Below, piece after piece: positions 62,515 to 64,000 of a stretch of DNA of 64,000 bases. Source of the stretch: Chlorokybus atmophyticus. Taxonomy: Eukaryota; Plantae; Mesostigma and Chlorokybus algae. Where the stretch lies: assembly GCA_009103225.1 (NCBI GenBank), contig RHPI01002069.1, positions 2,380,846 through 2,444,845 on the forward strand. The letters run 5' to 3'. A program made the translations under genes and the position numbers. Within the stretch, counting starts at the first letter, position 1; every line of letters begins with the position of its first letter. The notes under the pieces were generated by a model. It was not told the DNA's origin. It was given only the letters and a program-made list of their open reading frames with translations, and searched no databases.

Positions 62515-62949
62515 ATGGCGGCGGCGGCGGCGGCGGCCGCTGCGGCTGCGGGCGTCACTGTGGACGAGGCTGGTCGTGTGCGTGTGCTCGACCCAGACAA
62601 GTACGCCCGTAGCACTGCGCTGGCGGAGGAGCTGGCCGCCTTCGCCGGCCGTGCTGGGTCGCTGGCCGGGGCGGCGGCAGGCCTGGCGGCGGCGACGGGG
62701 GCGGCCGGCGCCGCAGCGGAGGCAGCCAGGGCCCGCGCCATAGCCCTTGGCGGACGCCTGGTGGCCGAGGGTGCAGTACGAGCCCGGGCGGCCGCGGCTA
62801 GGGAGGCGCAGGTGGCGGAGAGGGAAGGGGTGGCCAGGAGGCTGGCGGCGGAGGCGGAGGCGTTGGCGGCGGTGGCCAGAGAGCAGGAGTTGCTCATAGC
62901 AAAGCTGTCATCATCAGACGCCTCACCCGCTGTACCCATGCACGCTTGA
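62515..62949 (+). CDS. IFT20: Intraflagellar transport protein 20, single exon, very Ala-rich
   Basis: GVTVDEAGRVRVLDPDKYARSTAL and EQELLIAKLSSS match the conserved IFT20 ends as recalled (Chlamydomonas GVYFDEDFHVRILDVDKYNASKSL / EQELMIQKLS); 144 aa is a typical length. Confidence 0.8.
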   Translation: MAAAAAAAAAAAGVTVDEAGRVRVLDPDKYARSTALAEELAAFAGRAGSLAGAAAGLAAATGAAGAAAEAARARAIALGGRLVAEGAVRARAAAAREAQVAEREGVARRLAAEAEALAAVAREQELLIAKLSSSDASPAVPMHA

Positions 62950-63676
62950 CAATTGAGTTGGAAGCAATAGGTGGAGGACTCGCACGCATTGTATGTACAC
63001 CCCTTCACCCAGTCCAACAACCCCTCTTCGTGTCTTAGCCACCAGCAACATTTACATACACTACTTCAATCCAAGCAAAGCCAGACGATGATGCTGTGGC
63101 ATGGGGACAAAATGCAAACATGCATGCTAGGAGCTGCCCAGGCCCAAGATGCAAGAGCTCAGGAGACTTGGAGTAACCCTGCGGAGGTGTACTGTACAGG
63201 CAGGCCGTCATAGACTATCATATAACAAACATAAGGGTTGCAAGCCAGCAACTCAAGCGGAAAAAGGGGGGCCAATGCAGAACATATGATGTACATAGAC
63301 ATACTCTGCAGATTGTGGTCATGCTGTGCGTTGCACTGCATGCACAAGTAGCACATGATTGTTGACTATGACAGTTGGCCTTGGTGGCCATGAGCTTGGG
63401 TGGCTCACACCGCATGATGATGAGATACACAAGGCGGCGACTGATCATGCACAGCATACAGCACGCAAACGCACACACTTACCTTCAGGGCAGGGCAAAC
63501 ATATCATTCTTACGGTGTGTCATAAGCCAATGGGTCAACACAAACAGCGTTTGACAGGACATCTATTATCACCGGCATGAAATAATTTGACATATGACAA
63601 CGGCACCTGCTGTCAGCAGTCAGGTGTCCAATAAGCAATCGACAAGATCAATGTACAACCACTGCGTATGTATCGA

Positions 63677-64000
63677 TTAGGGAGCTTCGGGGTGCATCTC
63701 AAGCTGCGACTTGTGCAATTGAATTTCAGCCAGACGCTCGCTCTCGCTGCGGCCCCAAGTCACCAGAAACAACCCGGACAGGATGAAACACCCGCCGCAT
63801 AAGCTGCAACAAGGGGAAATGGGGTCAAGTTGGATTGCAACCGTGTAATCAGATGATGTGCGTACGTGTGTGCATCTGTGTACGTGTGCTTGCCTTCCGG
63901 CAAAGACGGGTGTGCCAAGGAACACGTGCGACAGCAGCGTGGCGGCGAGCGGCTGCACCGGCAAGTAGAGCGCCACCGTGGCGGGACCAACTTGCTTATT
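63677..64000 (-). CDS. WAT1-related/UMAMIT (EamA) transporter, 3' end only
   Basis: VALYLPVQPLAATLLSHVFLGTPVFAG and LCGGCFILSGLFLVTWGRSE match the plant WAT1 C-terminal helices; the gene continues beyond the window. Confidence 0.8.
   Translation of the reverse strand, partial: NKQVGPATVALYLPVQPLAATLLSHVFLGTPVFAGRQAHVHRCTHVRTSSDYTVAIQLDPISPCCSLCGGCFILSGLFLVTWGRSESERLAEIQLHKSQLEMHPEAP

Overview
Eukaryotic, intron-rich (GT-AG) nuclear DNA. A WAT1/UMAMIT-like transporter, a plastid-targeted TrpA and IFT20 point to a flagellate-stage green alga, probably an early streptophyte (inference). From left to right: (1) a ~7.2 kb degenerate CACTA/EnSpm DNA transposon (about 2424-9627) with palindromic subterminal arrays, followed by nested TE debris including a Copia RNase H remnant; (2) a ~23 kb gene (about 12979-36146) for a giant (>4,700 aa) type I membrane protein with signal peptide, cadherin-like beta-sandwich, extensin-like Pro tracts, ~27 filamin/Ig-like repeats, a PKD/REJ domain, a TM helix and a short tail; (3) compact genes: TVP38/DedA, COPT copper transporter, an unknown membrane protein, an atypical SDR head-to-head with BCKDH E2 (DBT), a secreted Cys-rich propeller-like protein, trpA head-to-head with a very Ala-rich IFT20, and the 3' end of a WAT1-like gene. 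Four direct duplications (14072-15300, 16081-21982, 22987-23337, 58231-59197) each start after a C-rich tract and end at or within 3 nt of a single N, so they are most likely assembly artefacts. All family assignments come from motif recognition by eye; no searches were run.
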